Translations under genes and position numbers: made by a program | The notes under the pieces: model-generated | What the model saw: only the letters and a program-made list of their open reading frames with translations | Database searches by the model: none | Told to the model about the DNA's origin: nothing | Shown: positions 41,004 to 51,321 of the stretch, in pieces | Numbering within the stretch: position 1 is the first letter of the stretch | How the letters are laid out: each line of letters begins with the position of its first letter | From: Opitutales bacterium | GTDB taxonomy: Bacteria; Verrucomicrobiota; Verrucomicrobiia; Opitutales; PNEW01 | Direction: 5' to 3' | DNA: 64,000 nt | NCBI GenBank assembly: GCA_965197745.1 | Contig: CBDANS010000007.1 | Coordinates: forward strand, 1,120,001 to 1,184,000

Positions 41004-41801
41004 ATGAGTGATTTCGATTTAAGTTATGATTACAATTTAGGCTACGACTACTTCAATTCATTTGTCCAGTGGTCGAGTCCCGCTTCTGACCATACACCAC
41101 GCTGTGCCCTGCATGCCAGTTGTAAAATCCGCGGTAAAGGGGAAGAATTCAGGGAATATTTTTTAACCCATCCGTGTGGGGGTGAAAAAATGTATGTAGA
41201 CAAAGATTTTTTTCATCAGCCGACCCTGGAATTTCATGTTGTCCTTTCGGGTGAAGATAATGATCAGTTTATGTTTGTTAAACATTTTGAAGACGCGCCC
41301 GGTTTCGAAAGGATGGTATATCGTGTAGGAGAAAAAGTGAGTACTCATGACGGAAAGGGATCCACAATCACGAGTATGGAAAACAACCTGCGCTATTTTG
41401 TCGAAGTAGCAGAGATGACTACTTATCAGGATGTCCATGACGCCATGGTTGGAAATAAACCCATTCTTGGAAGAACGCGTTATCTCGCGTCACGAGATGG
41501 CAAAGAGATTGAAGTGGTGGCTGAGTACCCGGTTACGGTTATGAATGCCCGCCACGAACATGATACCTGGCAGGTTGATACGGGACCTATGCTCCTCCCT
41601 GATTTTTCTCTCGAACACGAACTCGAAGTTGGGCTATTCCGCCAGGCTTATGTCGTTTATAATCGGTGGGATTATGCGGAATATGCGATGCGATTACCTG
41701 TAATCTTAGAAGGAGTAAACTTTCCGGTGCTTCATTACACGAATTGCGGAGCACTGGGAAAAGAGGTGCACAATCAGTTGTACGTAGTTAAAGTTATATA
41801 A
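41004..41801 (+). CDS. Hypothetical cytoplasmic protein
   Basis: Long ORF with protein-like composition following the PhyH gene; ATG 41004 preferred; no family recognised. Confidence 0.7.
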   Translation: MSDFDLSYDYNLGYDYFNSFVQWSSPASDHTPRCALHASCKIRGKGEEFREYFLTHPCGGEKMYVDKDFFHQPTLEFHVVLSGEDNDQFMFVKHFEDAPGFERMVYRVGEKVSTHDGKGSTITSMENNLRYFVEVAEMTTYQDVHDAMVGNKPILGRTRYLASRDGKEIEVVAEYPVTVMNARHEHDTWQVDTGPMLLPDFSLEHELEVGLFRQAYVVYNRWDYAEYAMRLPVILEGVNFPVLHYTNCGALGKEVHNQLYVVKVI

Positions 41802-41808
41802 TATTGGG

Positions 41809-42315
41809 TTAAACGTATAGCTTCAAATCTTTCACGATTAATGCGGCAATCTTTTCCGGCCTTGCTGTAATCTCCATTACCATTGCATTTTGCGGTTCCT
41901 CTATTGTCGCAAACTGACTTTCCAGTAACGATGGCTTCATGTAATGCCCTTTTCTTTTTCCCAGGCGTTCTTTAATCATTGCATACGATCCTTTGAGGTA
42001 GACATATTTTATCCGCGAATCGTTGCATTGTAAAATCTCACGGTATTGCTTTTTTAAAGCGGAACACGCAAATACACTGTAACCCCGCAACTTGAGCTGT
42101 TTTTCGATGAGTTTTCTCATCTTCTTCAGCCACACTTCCCGATCGCTATCGTTTAGCGGAATGCTTCGGCTCATTTTTTCTATGTTAGAAGCGGGATTAA
42201 AATCGTCTCCATCAAAAAATAGCCCTCTGATTTTATCGGCCAGAATTTCACCTACCCTGGTCTTACCGCAGCCGCTGACTCCCATCAGAATGATGACTTT
42301 TATCCCCTCCGGCAT
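41809..42315 (-). CDS. Gluconokinase (GntK/IdnK family)
   Basis: MGVSGCGKT P-loop, DGDDF, PLNDSDR..W, ACSALKKQYR, HYMKPSLLESQF. Confidence 0.92.
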   Translation of the reverse strand: MPEGIKVIILMGVSGCGKTRVGEILADKIRGLFFDGDDFNPASNIEKMSRSIPLNDSDREVWLKKMRKLIEKQLKLRGYSVFACSALKKQYREILQCNDSRIKYVYLKGSYAMIKERLGKRKGHYMKPSLLESQFATIEEPQNAMVMEITARPEKIAALIVKDLKLYV

Positions 42316-42447
42316 AAATGAATGAATAAAAAGTGATCTAAAATAAACGAGGCATCAATCTGAAATCCGAATTCGGCAATCCGAAAACGAATATTCCATA
42401 GACTCACTTAAAACTTACAGCTAATTGCGTATGGCTTGTCGTTAATC

Positions 42448-42678
42448 TTAAGCCTTTGTGACTTTACCGGCTTTTAGCGCTTTCGCCGACACCCACATTT
42501 TTTTCACAGCGCCATTGGGCAATAAGACTTTTATTTTCTGCACATTGGGACGAAAAGTCCGTTTTACGATCTTCGTAATATTTGTCCCAATGCCGCCGCT
42601 TTTCTTGGCAATACCCTTACGATGAGTATGCCTTCCACGAACAGGTCGTTTCCCGGTGATTGCACAAATTCTAGCCAT
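42448..42678 (-). CDS. rpmB: 50S ribosomal protein L28
   Basis: MARICAITGK, KGIAKKSGGIG insertion (PVC type), KRTFRPN. Confidence 0.95.
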   Translation of the reverse strand: MARICAITGKRPVRGRHTHRKGIAKKSGGIGTNITKIVKRTFRPNVQKIKVLLPNGAVKKMWVSAKALKAGKVTKA

Positions 42679-42834
42679 TGCAATATCTCTTATTTTGCGA
42701 AGAAAGGGGAAAGTAGCCTTTACCTGTAAGAAAGCAAGAAAATTAGTTAGCGGTTCATTTTATTCTATCTTTCATTTTCCTGTTTACTCTGTATACGATA
42801 GATTCAAAACATTTTAAAATAATGAGAATATATC

Positions 42835-43857
42835 ATGAATCCCTTTGAAAGAGTAGAAATTGGCAATACCGGGGTCCAAGTGACTCGACTCGGTTTAGGA
42901 GGGGCCCCATTGAGCAAGATGGCAGAGTTCATTGGGGGTGATAATGATACTCAGAGCTGGAGTTTTGACGAGGCACTTAAAATAATCCGGGAGGCCTATA
43001 ATTCAGGAGTCCGTTATTTCGATACGGCACCGCTTTACGGGACAGGCCGCAGTGAAACGCGCTACGGTCGAATACTCAGTCAATTGCCAAGAGACAGTTT
43101 TTCCATCTCGACTAAAGCCGCGCGATTGCTTGTCCCCGAGGATCCCGGGAACCTGGAACCCTACAGTGAAGACGGTATCCCAAAGTACAAGGTCGAGTTT
43201 GATTTCAGTAGTGCCGGGCTCCAGCGTTCTTTAAAAGAAAGCCTGGAAAGATTACAGTTGAAAGCAGTTGATATTCTATTTTTACACGATAGTGATTTTT
43301 TCCCCGAAGATGCTGAACGTAATTCCGTCGAGGGGCTGACCGCGCTGGTCGAAATGCGCGACAGGGGTGTCATCAAAGCTATTGGAATGGGAATGAATCA
43401 TTGGGAAACTACCGCTCGAATGATTGAGCAATTCGATTTGGACATTATATTACTCGCCGGTCGATACACCCTGTTGGACCAGACTTCACTACCCGAATTC
43501 ATGCCTCTGTGTATAGAACGAGGGGTAAAAGTGGTGATCGGAGGTCCCTATAATAGTGGAATCCTGGCGCGCGATCTAGATAAACCGGTCACTTTTAACT
43601 ACCTGCCTGCGCCTGAGGCGATGATTGAAAAAGCCCGAAAAATGAAAACGGTCTGTGATCGGCATCAGATCGACTTAAAAGCTGCTGCGCTGCAATTCCT
43701 CATAGCCCACCCCGCGGTAGCCACCGCTATACCCGGAGCGGCATCCCTGCATGAACTGAATGAAAATATTCGTATGATGCAGGTTAAAATCCCCACGGGC
43801 TTTTGGGCTGAGTTGAAAGAGGAAAAACTGCTGCCCGATGAAGCGCCGACCCCTTGA
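42835..43857 (+). CDS. Aldo/keto reductase (D-threo-aldose 1-dehydrogenase-like)
   Basis: LGLGGAPL, FDTAPLYG, STKA, SLERL...LFLHD, LLAGRYTLLDQ, GGPYNSGIL. Confidence 0.9.
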   Translation: MNPFERVEIGNTGVQVTRLGLGGAPLSKMAEFIGGDNDTQSWSFDEALKIIREAYNSGVRYFDTAPLYGTGRSETRYGRILSQLPRDSFSISTKAARLLVPEDPGNLEPYSEDGIPKYKVEFDFSSAGLQRSLKESLERLQLKAVDILFLHDSDFFPEDAERNSVEGLTALVEMRDRGVIKAIGMGMNHWETTARMIEQFDLDIILLAGRYTLLDQTSLPEFMPLCIERGVKVVIGGPYNSGILARDLDKPVTFNYLPAPEAMIEKARKMKTVCDRHQIDLKAAALQFLIAHPAVATAIPGAASLHELNENIRMMQVKIPTGFWAELKEEKLLPDEAPTP

Positions 43858-43984
43858 AGGTTAAAGCGCAGTGAGGGTCGATCTGAATAATTAGCTTCTC
43901 ACAAACTTCAATTCTAGGGATTGACAACAATCTACAGGTTACCCAAATTGATGATTCAAACTCAATTCACAAAGGCATTAAGTT

Positions 43985-44614
43985 ATGGCATACACACTTC
44001 CAGAATTAGAATATTCCTATGATGCACTGGAACCGCATTTCGATGCGCGCACCATGGAAATTCATCACTCTAAACATCACGCTACTTACATCACAAAGGC
44101 AAATGGGGCGCTTGAACAAGCGCCTGATCTAGCCGATAAATCCGTTGAGGATCTTATCGCTGATGTAGCGAATCTTCCTGATAACGTAAAAGGTCCCCTT
44201 CGTAATAACGCGGGCGGCCATGCTAACCACTCTTTTTTCTGGCAAACACTATCCGGGAGTGGCGGTGGTGAACCTTCGGGCGATCTTGCCAGTGCCATTA
44301 ATGATACGTTTGGCGGCTTAGACAGCTTTAAGACAGCATTTGCCGATGCCGGTATTAACCGTTTCGGCAGCGGTTGGGCCTGGCTTGTCGTAACCGCCGA
44401 CAAGAATCTCGCGGTCACATCAACCCCCAATCAGGATAGTCCTTTAATGAGGGGTTTAGTGGATGTGGAAGGCGATCCCGTCATCGGTCTCGATGTCTGG
44501 GAACATGCTTATTATCTTAAATATCAAAATGTGCGACCTGATTATATTGCGGCTTTCTGGAATATCGTTAACTGGTCCAAAGCCGAAGAACGGTATAAAG
44601 CAGCTACTGGTTAA
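43985..44614 (+). CDS. sodA: Mn/Fe superoxide dismutase
   Basis: [37 protein letters not shown]; the GGH and NQD residues are Mn-type. Confidence 0.94.
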   Translation: MAYTLPELEYSYDALEPHFDARTMEIHHSKHHATYITKANGALEQAPDLADKSVEDLIADVANLPDNVKGPLRNNAGGHANHSFFWQTLSGSGGGEPSGDLASAINDTFGGLDSFKTAFADAGINRFGSGWAWLVVTADKNLAVTSTPNQDSPLMRGLVDVEGDPVIGLDVWEHAYYLKYQNVRPDYIAAFWNIVNWSKAEERYKAATG

Positions 44615-44636
44615 TACTTATTTTACCCTGAAAAAT

Positions 44637-44669
44637 AAAGACGTCGGCTAAACCCGGCGTCTTTTTTTT
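44637..44669 (+). terminator. Rho-independent terminator after sodA
   Basis: AAAGACGTCGG-ctaaac-CCGGCGTCTTT followed by a T-tract. Confidence 0.85.
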
Positions 44670-44700
44670 ATGATAAGGATGCGTGATTCTGGAGTATGAT

Positions 44701-45018
44701 GGGAGGTCCGCGCATCGTCGTGGACGTAACATATCTATGACAATGGTATGAATAGGGACTGCGTGTTTAATTATCCTCATACAACTTACACCCTTATGTC
44801 TTTGCGAGTCCCGCGGCTGCGGGACGAAGCTACCGAGCGCAGCGACATCTTCCATTCCAGGCAAATGTCTTTCGCGTATCAGCTAATCCTCGGAATGGGA
44901 AATTACGATCAGACGTCCTCTGGACTGGTCATGACACTTTAACGGTCATACAGCGGCCACAACAACGCGTGGCCCTTCATAAATTGTTCATCCGGAGGGC
45001 CACGCGTTGTCGTGGCCG
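44701..45018. repeat. Mosaic REP cluster: three family A copies plus one family B end
   Basis: GGAGGTCCGCGCATCGTCGTGGACG (44702); inverted doublet 44954-44978 / 44991-45018; TGTCTTTGCGAG... at 44797, whose 44829-44861 is the exact reverse complement of 31861-31893. Confidence 0.85.
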
Positions 45019-45061
45019 AAGATATATATAAGGAAGGGAAAAAAGCGTCGCTAATCCAGGA

Positions 45062-45619
45062 TCAGGCACGGCCAAGATAAGATCCGTCTTCAGTGCTGAC
45101 CTTAATTACCTCTCCTTGTTTGATAAACAACGGTGTTTGCACCACGAGACCGGTCTCCGTCGTCACCGATTTAAGGGCGCTGCTTGCGGTATCTCCTCTT
45201 ATGGCCTCGGGTGATTCTGTTACTTTTAAATCTACTGAAGAACGGAGCTGAATTTGTACCGCCTGATTGTCGACAAAAAGAATATCATAATTATTTCCTT
45301 CAGATAAATATTTTTTGGCATCCTCGACCACTTCTTCGGAGAGCAGTGTATCCTCAAAAGTTTCCGGATGCATAAAGTGATATCCCTCCTGGTCAAAATA
45401 ACTGAACTCCAATCGCTGGGAATCGGTCATTAGTATTTCAACATTGTCGGTGCTGCGAAATTTCGTGGTCGTTGTGCTTCCACTGTGTAAATTGCGAAGA
45501 GTTGTTTGCACAAAACCAGCTTGCCGCCCTTGGGTGCGATGCATCATATCAAGAACGAAATGCGGTGTGCCGTTATAGTTAATGACTTTTCCTTTTCGGA
45601 TTTCTGTAGGTGAGGGCAT
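45062..45619 (-). CDS. efp: Elongation factor P
   Basis: IRKGKVI, YFDQEGYHFMHPETFE, AIRGDTAS, TETGLVVQTPLFIKQGEVIKVST..GSYLGRA. Confidence 0.95.
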   Translation of the reverse strand: MPSPTEIRKGKVINYNGTPHFVLDMMHRTQGRQAGFVQTTLRNLHSGSTTTTKFRSTDNVEILMTDSQRLEFSYFDQEGYHFMHPETFEDTLLSEEVVEDAKKYLSEGNNYDILFVDNQAVQIQLRSSVDLKVTESPEAIRGDTASSALKSVTTETGLVVQTPLFIKQGEVIKVSTEDGSYLGRA

Positions 45620-45784
45620 GGAAAATAAGCGGGTCGTTGGTTGAAGTATTTATATTGAAATGATGGCCTTGTGATTAGGTCATTAAAAAGAAAGCTGTCA
45701 ACCCTGTGCTATCCATCTTGTTGTTAAATTTCCACGCTTTACAATCGCTTTAATTACCATAGGGTGATGACCTTAAGGATCTTT

Positions 45785-47125
45785 ATGAAACAGCGGACGA
45801 TTCTTCGAGAAGTTTCCATTAAAGGGCAGGGGTTACATACCGGAGAAGAAGTGCACATGACTTTGAAACCGGCCCCTGAAGATCACGGTATCATCTTCAG
45901 GCGTGTTGATATTTACGGGAAACCGGAAATCAAGCCTACTGCTGATGTCGTATCCGATATCATGCGAAGCACGACAATTTCTTCCGGTCATGTCACCCTC
46001 AATACCGTGGAACATGTACTTAGCGCTCTCAGTGGGACGGGTGTCGATAATGTCCTTATTGAAATCGATGCCAATGAGATGCCCATACTCGATGGATCCG
46101 CTAAACATTTTGTAAATTTGATTCAAAAGGCTGAGCCCGTTGAACAAGAGAAAGAACGCGTCTATTACGAACTCAAAGAACCCGTATCGGTTACCAAAGG
46201 CAGCAGTTCTTATATCGCCCTTCCCCACAAAGGCCTCAAAATAACCTGTACTTTAACCGACGACCGGGGGGGGGCGAACACCCAACACCTCTCCCTTGAT
46301 ATTAATCCCCAGACCTATATTGCCGATATTGCTCCTGCCCGTACTTTTGCATTTTTTGAGGAAGTCGAAAGCCTTCGCCAGATGGGAAAGATTCGGGGGG
46401 GAAGTTTAGATAATGCGATCCTAATTAAGGGTGATACTATTCTCTCTAAAGAACCGTTGCGTTTTAAAGATGAATTCGTCCGTCATAAAATCCTCGATAT
46501 TCTTGGAGACATAATGCATATCGGACGGCCTTTGATGGCTCATATTATTGCGGTACGACCCAGTCACGCCCTGAACCATGCTTTAACCCACGCGCTGTAT
46601 GATAAAATGCACGCGGAAAGCAACGGGAAGAAGGCCAAGAAAAAAATGACACCTTCAGTGCTCATTGACCCCACCGAAACGGCTCTTGATATCCGGCGTA
46701 TCCTGGATCTTCTCCCACACCGTTACCCCTTTGTCATGGTTGATAGAGTGACGAAAATTAAGGGTGATAATGAACTCATTGCCGTTAAAAATGTCTCCAT
46801 TAATGAACCTTACTTTCAAGGACATTATCCCGGTCGACCCATTATGCCGGCGGTGCTGCAAATTGAAGCTATGGCTCAAGCTGCGGGAATTCTGCTTCTC
46901 CGCCAAGTATCTGGAGAAGGAAAAATCGCGCTGTTTATGAGCTGTGATAAAGTTAAGCTACGTCATACCGTCGTTCCTGGCGATCAGCTTGAGATCCATG
47001 TGAAGCTGAATCAGGTCCGGGGCGGTAAAATTGCCAAGGCCAGCGCCTCCTGCAATGTGGGCAAGAAAAATGTTTCCTCTTGTGAGTTGATGTTTGCCTT
47101 TGTTGATGATCCCGAAAAAGCGTAA
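45785..47125 (+). CDS. lpxC: Bifunctional LpxC-FabZ fusion
   Basis: [34 protein letters not shown] (LpxC), then [26 protein letters not shown] (FabZ). Confidence 0.96.
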   Translation: MKQRTILREVSIKGQGLHTGEEVHMTLKPAPEDHGIIFRRVDIYGKPEIKPTADVVSDIMRSTTISSGHVTLNTVEHVLSALSGTGVDNVLIEIDANEMPILDGSAKHFVNLIQKAEPVEQEKERVYYELKEPVSVTKGSSSYIALPHKGLKITCTLTDDRGGANTQHLSLDINPQTYIADIAPARTFAFFEEVESLRQMGKIRGGSLDNAILIKGDTILSKEPLRFKDEFVRHKILDILGDIMHIGRPLMAHIIAVRPSHALNHALTHALYDKMHAESNGKKAKKKMTPSVLIDPTETALDIRRILDLLPHRYPFVMVDRVTKIKGDNELIAVKNVSINEPYFQGHYPGRPIMPAVLQIEAMAQAAGILLLRQVSGEGKIALFMSCDKVKLRHTVVPGDQLEIHVKLNQVRGGKIAKASASCNVGKKNVSSCELMFAFVDDPEKA

Positions 47126-47154
47126 TTTTTTCGCAGTTTCATACCTGGAATATC

Positions 47155-47931
47155 GTGGCAACTGAAATTCATCCCACAGCCATTGTGGAATCCGGAGCCG
47201 TTCTCGATGACAGGGTAAGCATTGGGGCCTTCGCCTATATTGGTTCCAAGGTAGAATGTGGGGCAGGGACGACTGTTCATCATCACGCCACGGTTGAAGG
47301 TAAAACAATTTTAGGTAGAGATAATGAAATTTATTCCTACGCCTTAATCGGGGGAAAATCACAAGATCTGAAATCTAAAGGAGGTGCGCCCGGTCTCAGG
47401 ATTGGCGATAACAATATCTTCAGGGAGTATGTCACGGTCCACTGTCATTCTGTGGACGGAGAATATACGATCCTGGGTTCTAACAATTACTGCCTCGCAT
47501 ACAGTCATATCGGGCATGAGTGTGTGATCGGGGATCATTTTATTCTAGGCCATAGCAGCACGCTGGGAGGACATATGGTGGTGGAAGATTTTGCTAATGT
47601 GGGAGGGCATACTGCCTTTCATCCCAATTGCCGCATAGGGCGTTGCGCTTACATCGGGGGTTGTTCCAAGGTGGTCCAGGACATCCCACCCTTTATGCTT
47701 GGGGATGGCAGTCCGGCGACCATTAAGACCATCAATAAAATTGGTATGGAGCGCCACGGGTTCTCCGAGGAAGCTATCAGCCTGGCGCGACAAGTATATA
47801 AAATACTCTACCGTGAGGGGCTAAATCGAAGCCAGGCTTTAGACCGCCTTCGCGACCATGAGAAAGCGGATGATTCTATTGTGAAGTCAATAATCGATTT
47901 TGCCGAAAACAGCACACGCGGATTAGCTTGA
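47155..47931 (+). CDS. lpxA: UDP-N-acetylglucosamine O-acyltransferase
   Basis: IHPTAIV, hexapeptide repeats, QDLK, FREYVTVH, HIGHEC, QDIPPF. Confidence 0.95.
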   Translation: MATEIHPTAIVESGAVLDDRVSIGAFAYIGSKVECGAGTTVHHHATVEGKTILGRDNEIYSYALIGGKSQDLKSKGGAPGLRIGDNNIFREYVTVHCHSVDGEYTILGSNNYCLAYSHIGHECVIGDHFILGHSSTLGGHMVVEDFANVGGHTAFHPNCRIGRCAYIGGCSKVVQDIPPFMLGDGSPATIKTINKIGMERHGFSEEAISLARQVYKILYREGLNRSQALDRLRDHEKADDSIVKSIIDFAENSTRGLA

Positions 47932-47946
47932 TAGGGTTAATTCAAC

Positions 47947-48264
47947 TTAATCATTAGAATTTATTTCGTCCCCAAGCTTTTGCAGGTATTCAAAGCTATA
48001 AAGCCCGGTATTATGGCCGTCGCTGAAATGAAAACAGACCGCGTAATTGCCTTTTAATTCCCATCTGCGAACTTCCACCCCGGGGAATTTTTTCGAACCC
48101 ATCCCTCCATATAAATTTCCAAAAATATCGCGTTCCCCCACATTTTCTGCGCTCGGTGAACAAGCGCGTAAATCCTCCATCTTGAAATAGTCTTCCCGCC
48201 CATCGGGCCAGAGAATAGCTATCTCTTTTCCAATTACTTGTATGTCACTCGGAGGTTTAATCAT
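47947..48264 (-). CDS. DUF971 (gamma-butyrobetaine hydroxylase N-terminal-like) protein
   Basis: AILWPDG, LRACSPSAE, GNYAV.F.FSDGHNTGLYSFEYL. Confidence 0.88.
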   Translation of the reverse strand: MIKPPSDIQVIGKEIAILWPDGREDYFKMEDLRACSPSAENVGERDIFGNLYGGMGSKKFPGVEVRRWELKGNYAVCFHFSDGHNTGLYSFEYLQKLGDEINSND

Positions 48265-48511
48265 GCACTACTCCTTATCATAGTTATCCCTCTTTTACTA
48301 ATATTTCCCCGCACCCTCACTTTCTGTCCCTCTTAATCATAATCCATGTAATAATTACTGAGAGGATGAGGGCGATTAGGGTAGAGGGTTTATCTCAGCA
48401 CCCACTTTTGAATTATAAGTAGTTTATGTACAAATAAATAAGAAATGTTAACCATCTTAAAATTTTATTTAACAATTGATTTTCATGATGAAATCGGTAT
48501 GTTTCCGGCGC

Positions 48512-50359
48512 ATGAAAGGGTATTTCCTGATACTCGTTTTTTATCCCGTGGTAGCGTTTGCTCAGAAATCAGGTTCAAACGCTGAAGTTTTTACGACACT
48601 CCCTGAATTCACAGTAACAGAAACGAGAGTTGCCAACGCGGAGCCGGCCAGCACTTATGCCTCTGCTATTACGGAATTACGGTACGAACCTTTAATTGAT
48701 GTTCAGACGCGCAACATCGCTGAAGCGCAGGGTGATGTGACTTTACGTGGAGGTATTTTTGAAAACACGGGATTCAGAGTTGGAGCAGCCACCTTGTTCG
48801 ATCCACAAACGGGACATTATTTTGCCGAGATTCCAATCGCACCGGACATGCTCACGGTGCCGAAAATAATTACCGGTATTGAGAATGCGCACGCCGGATT
48901 TAATTCGACAGTGGGTACTTTAAATTACGCATGGAACCCCATACGCAAGGGTGGGGAAACTGCTGTGGGTTTGGGTGATAACGCTTTTAATCTTCAGCGT
49001 ATTTATATTGGTGAGGTAAATGAATATAAAAAAGGGAATACTGCAGGAATAGATTTTTCTTTTGCCCGCTCAGAGTCCGACGGAACGCGCCCTTACGGCG
49101 ACCATGAATTTAACCGCTATGCGGGCAGGATTCAGTTACTTGGTGAACATTCACAGACAGATTTATTCGCTGGGTATCAGTCGAAGTTTTTCGGGTGGCC
49201 GAACATGTATACACCTTTTAACGTAAACGAAACAGAGAACTTGCAGACGAACCTCTATCTTATCAACCACCGAACGAATTATGTTGATGATAGTTTTATA
49301 GAATTCACGGGTTACTACCGAAGACATAAGGATGATTATGAATTCAACCGTTTTATACCTGGACAGTTTAATCCCTTTCAGCATGAAACCATCGTCTGGT
49401 CCGCGGGACTCCAGGGGCAGCAGGTCTTTAATAATTTTTCTTTGCATTACAGCGGACAGTTTCTTTCAGATGAGATAACATCCAGCAATCTGGTGTTTGG
49501 ACCATTCAGTTCTCGCAGCTATTATAAATTAACCCTTCTTCCGGAGTGGCGTCACTCGTATTCTGAAGGGACCGAGCTCGTCCTGCGCGCCGGAGCAAGT
49601 TATGATGACACCAACCGGGACAGTTCAAGAGTGTCTCCCATGGCATCGTTATCCTTAACCCGGAGTGATAGCAGGGGCCGTGGTGAACGCTTCTATTTCG
49701 ATTATGCCGAGAGCAGCCAGGTCCCGGGCTACACCGCGATCGGGGCCAATCCCAATGCCGGGCTCTTTCGCGGTAAACCCGATGCGGGCCGTGAGAGCAG
49801 CAGAAATATTGAAGTGGGTGCTGATCTGGTTCGTCCGAATTGGCGGGGTCATGTCGCCATCTTTTATCGGCTGGACCGTGACTTGCTGGATTGGACTTAC
49901 AGTTTTGAAAGCACTTCCGCGCGCATGGCTAACAATGTGGATATCGATACCTTTGGCAGTGAATTCACTTTTATTACCCGTTGGAAAGATTTAAATATGG
50001 TTCTCGGATACACCTACCTCAGTAAGAGTGAGGATTATAGAAATGCTGATGTTGATGCCAGTTTTTATGCATTGAATTTCCCCCGGCACCGTTTTACAGC
50101 AGCTTTCATCTATCGCTTTCTCAATCAATTTGAATTTCGCATCGATAATGAGTTCCGCTCCCAGGAAGAAAACATTCTACGGCGCAGCTCAGATGAGGCA
50201 GCGCTGACATCGCTCAGCCTTATATGGGCCCCACCTCCCTTAACCGGACTGGAACTGAGTTTAACCGTTGATAATATATACAGTAGCAATTTCGAGGAAA
50301 TACCCGCAACTCCTGCTGTTCGGCGTCAAGTATCCTCCTACCTGACTTACCGCTGGTGA
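48512..50359 (+). CDS. TonB-dependent outer-membrane receptor
   Basis: Signal peptide, LPEFTVT TonB-box-like, plug ...RG...DPQTGH, beta-barrel, VDNI, C-terminal YLTYRW; start position uncertain. Confidence 0.9.
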   Translation: MKGYFLILVFYPVVAFAQKSGSNAEVFTTLPEFTVTETRVANAEPASTYASAITELRYEPLIDVQTRNIAEAQGDVTLRGGIFENTGFRVGAATLFDPQTGHYFAEIPIAPDMLTVPKIITGIENAHAGFNSTVGTLNYAWNPIRKGGETAVGLGDNAFNLQRIYIGEVNEYKKGNTAGIDFSFARSESDGTRPYGDHEFNRYAGRIQLLGEHSQTDLFAGYQSKFFGWPNMYTPFNVNETENLQTNLYLINHRTNYVDDSFIEFTGYYRRHKDDYEFNRFIPGQFNPFQHETIVWSAGLQGQQVFNNFSLHYSGQFLSDEITSSNLVFGPFSSRSYYKLTLLPEWRHSYSEGTELVLRAGASYDDTNRDSSRVSPMASLSLTRSDSRGRGERFYFDYAESSQVPGYTAIGANPNAGLFRGKPDAGRESSRNIEVGADLVRPNWRGHVAIFYRLDRDLLDWTYSFESTSARMANNVDIDTFGSEFTFITRWKDLNMVLGYTYLSKSEDYRNADVDASFYALNFPRHRFTAAFIYRFLNQFEFRIDNEFRSQEENILRRSSDEAALTSLSLIWAPPPLTGLELSLTVDNIYSSNFEEIPATPAVRRQVSSYLTYRW

Positions 50360-50448
50360 AATGGGGAAAGGTCTAAAGTCGAAGGTCAAAAGTCGAAGGT
50401 CGGATAGTTTCCTAATTCCATTTGGTCTTTCGACTGATTACCTTTAAC

Positions 50449-51312
50449 CTATTGCTTACTGCTCACCCCTGACTTGCGTTCGGCAAAGACGACAGCAATG
50501 ACCATGATGCCGCCGCCCAGGATAAGCCTTGGAATATCCGTGATTTCTCCAAAAAAAAGGAGTGAGCAGAGAACAGCGAGGGGGATTTTAAGATTATTAA
50601 ATACCGCCAGAGTGCCCGGGTTACTCTGGACTGCCCCTTTATTCCAAAGAAAAAATCCGATTCCTGAAGGGAGAAATCCGAGGTAGAGGAGGGCACTTAT
50701 CTGGGGCGCGGTTAATTCATCAAACTTTTGCCAACCTCCGGTCAGGGTTGTCATGAATGTAGTCACGATGACAGCTCCGAGGTAGAGGAGGGCGAAGACT
50801 TCATGATCTTTAAGATGAATTATTTTTGCACGAACCTGACGGTACTCAATTTGACCGAAAGCAAAGCAGGCATTTGAAAACTGCATGAGTAAAAAACCGA
50901 CGATAACGCCCCTGAATTCAGCATTTTGATAGCGAATAAGAGCGGCGCCAATTACAGCCATGAGCGCGGCACCGAGATAATAAGTCTGAAGCTTCCGGTG
51001 ATAGAGATCATTGATGATGGTTACATAGAGTGGCGTGAAGATCGTAAATAATGCTATCTGGTAAGCCTGCAGGTATTGAAAGGAAAAGATATAACTGCAG
51101 TACATAAGCCCGAATTGGACCACCCCGATTAAGATCAGTCTTCCTATAATCAAGAGAGGAATTCCTTTCCACCGCAGTAGGGGCAGAAACAGAGGCAGAG
51201 CAAGCGTCATCCGCGCCCAGGCGACAAAGTTGGGATCAAGACCGGTGAGATATGTTTTTATCAAACCAAATGAAAAAGCCCAGATGAAAGATACAATTAA
51301 AAGGTAGATCAT
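50449..51312 (-). CDS. EamA/DMT transporter, YigM(BioP)-like
   Basis: IWAFSFGLI, QFGLMY..Y..SF.YL, LFTIFTPLYV, N.CFAFGQ, FLWNKGA, NNLKIP. Confidence 0.85.
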   Translation of the reverse strand: MIYLLIVSFIWAFSFGLIKTYLTGLDPNFVAWARMTLALPLFLPLLRWKGIPLLIIGRLILIGVVQFGLMYCSYIFSFQYLQAYQIALFTIFTPLYVTIINDLYHRKLQTYYLGAALMAVIGAALIRYQNAEFRGVIVGFLLMQFSNACFAFGQIEYRQVRAKIIHLKDHEVFALLYLGAVIVTTFMTTLTGGWQKFDELTAPQISALLYLGFLPSGIGFFLWNKGAVQSNPGTLAVFNNLKIPLAVLCSLLFFGEITDIPRLILGGGIMVIAVVFAERKSGVSSKQ

Positions 51313-51321
51313 CGTTCTGAA

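Noticed and set aside
46266..46274. G9 homopolymer in lpxC as a phase-variation site (also the G-runs at 38510-38525 in gpmA)
   Set aside because: Both frames are intact in conserved core genes, and the runs simply encode Arg-Gly-Gly or poly-Pro.
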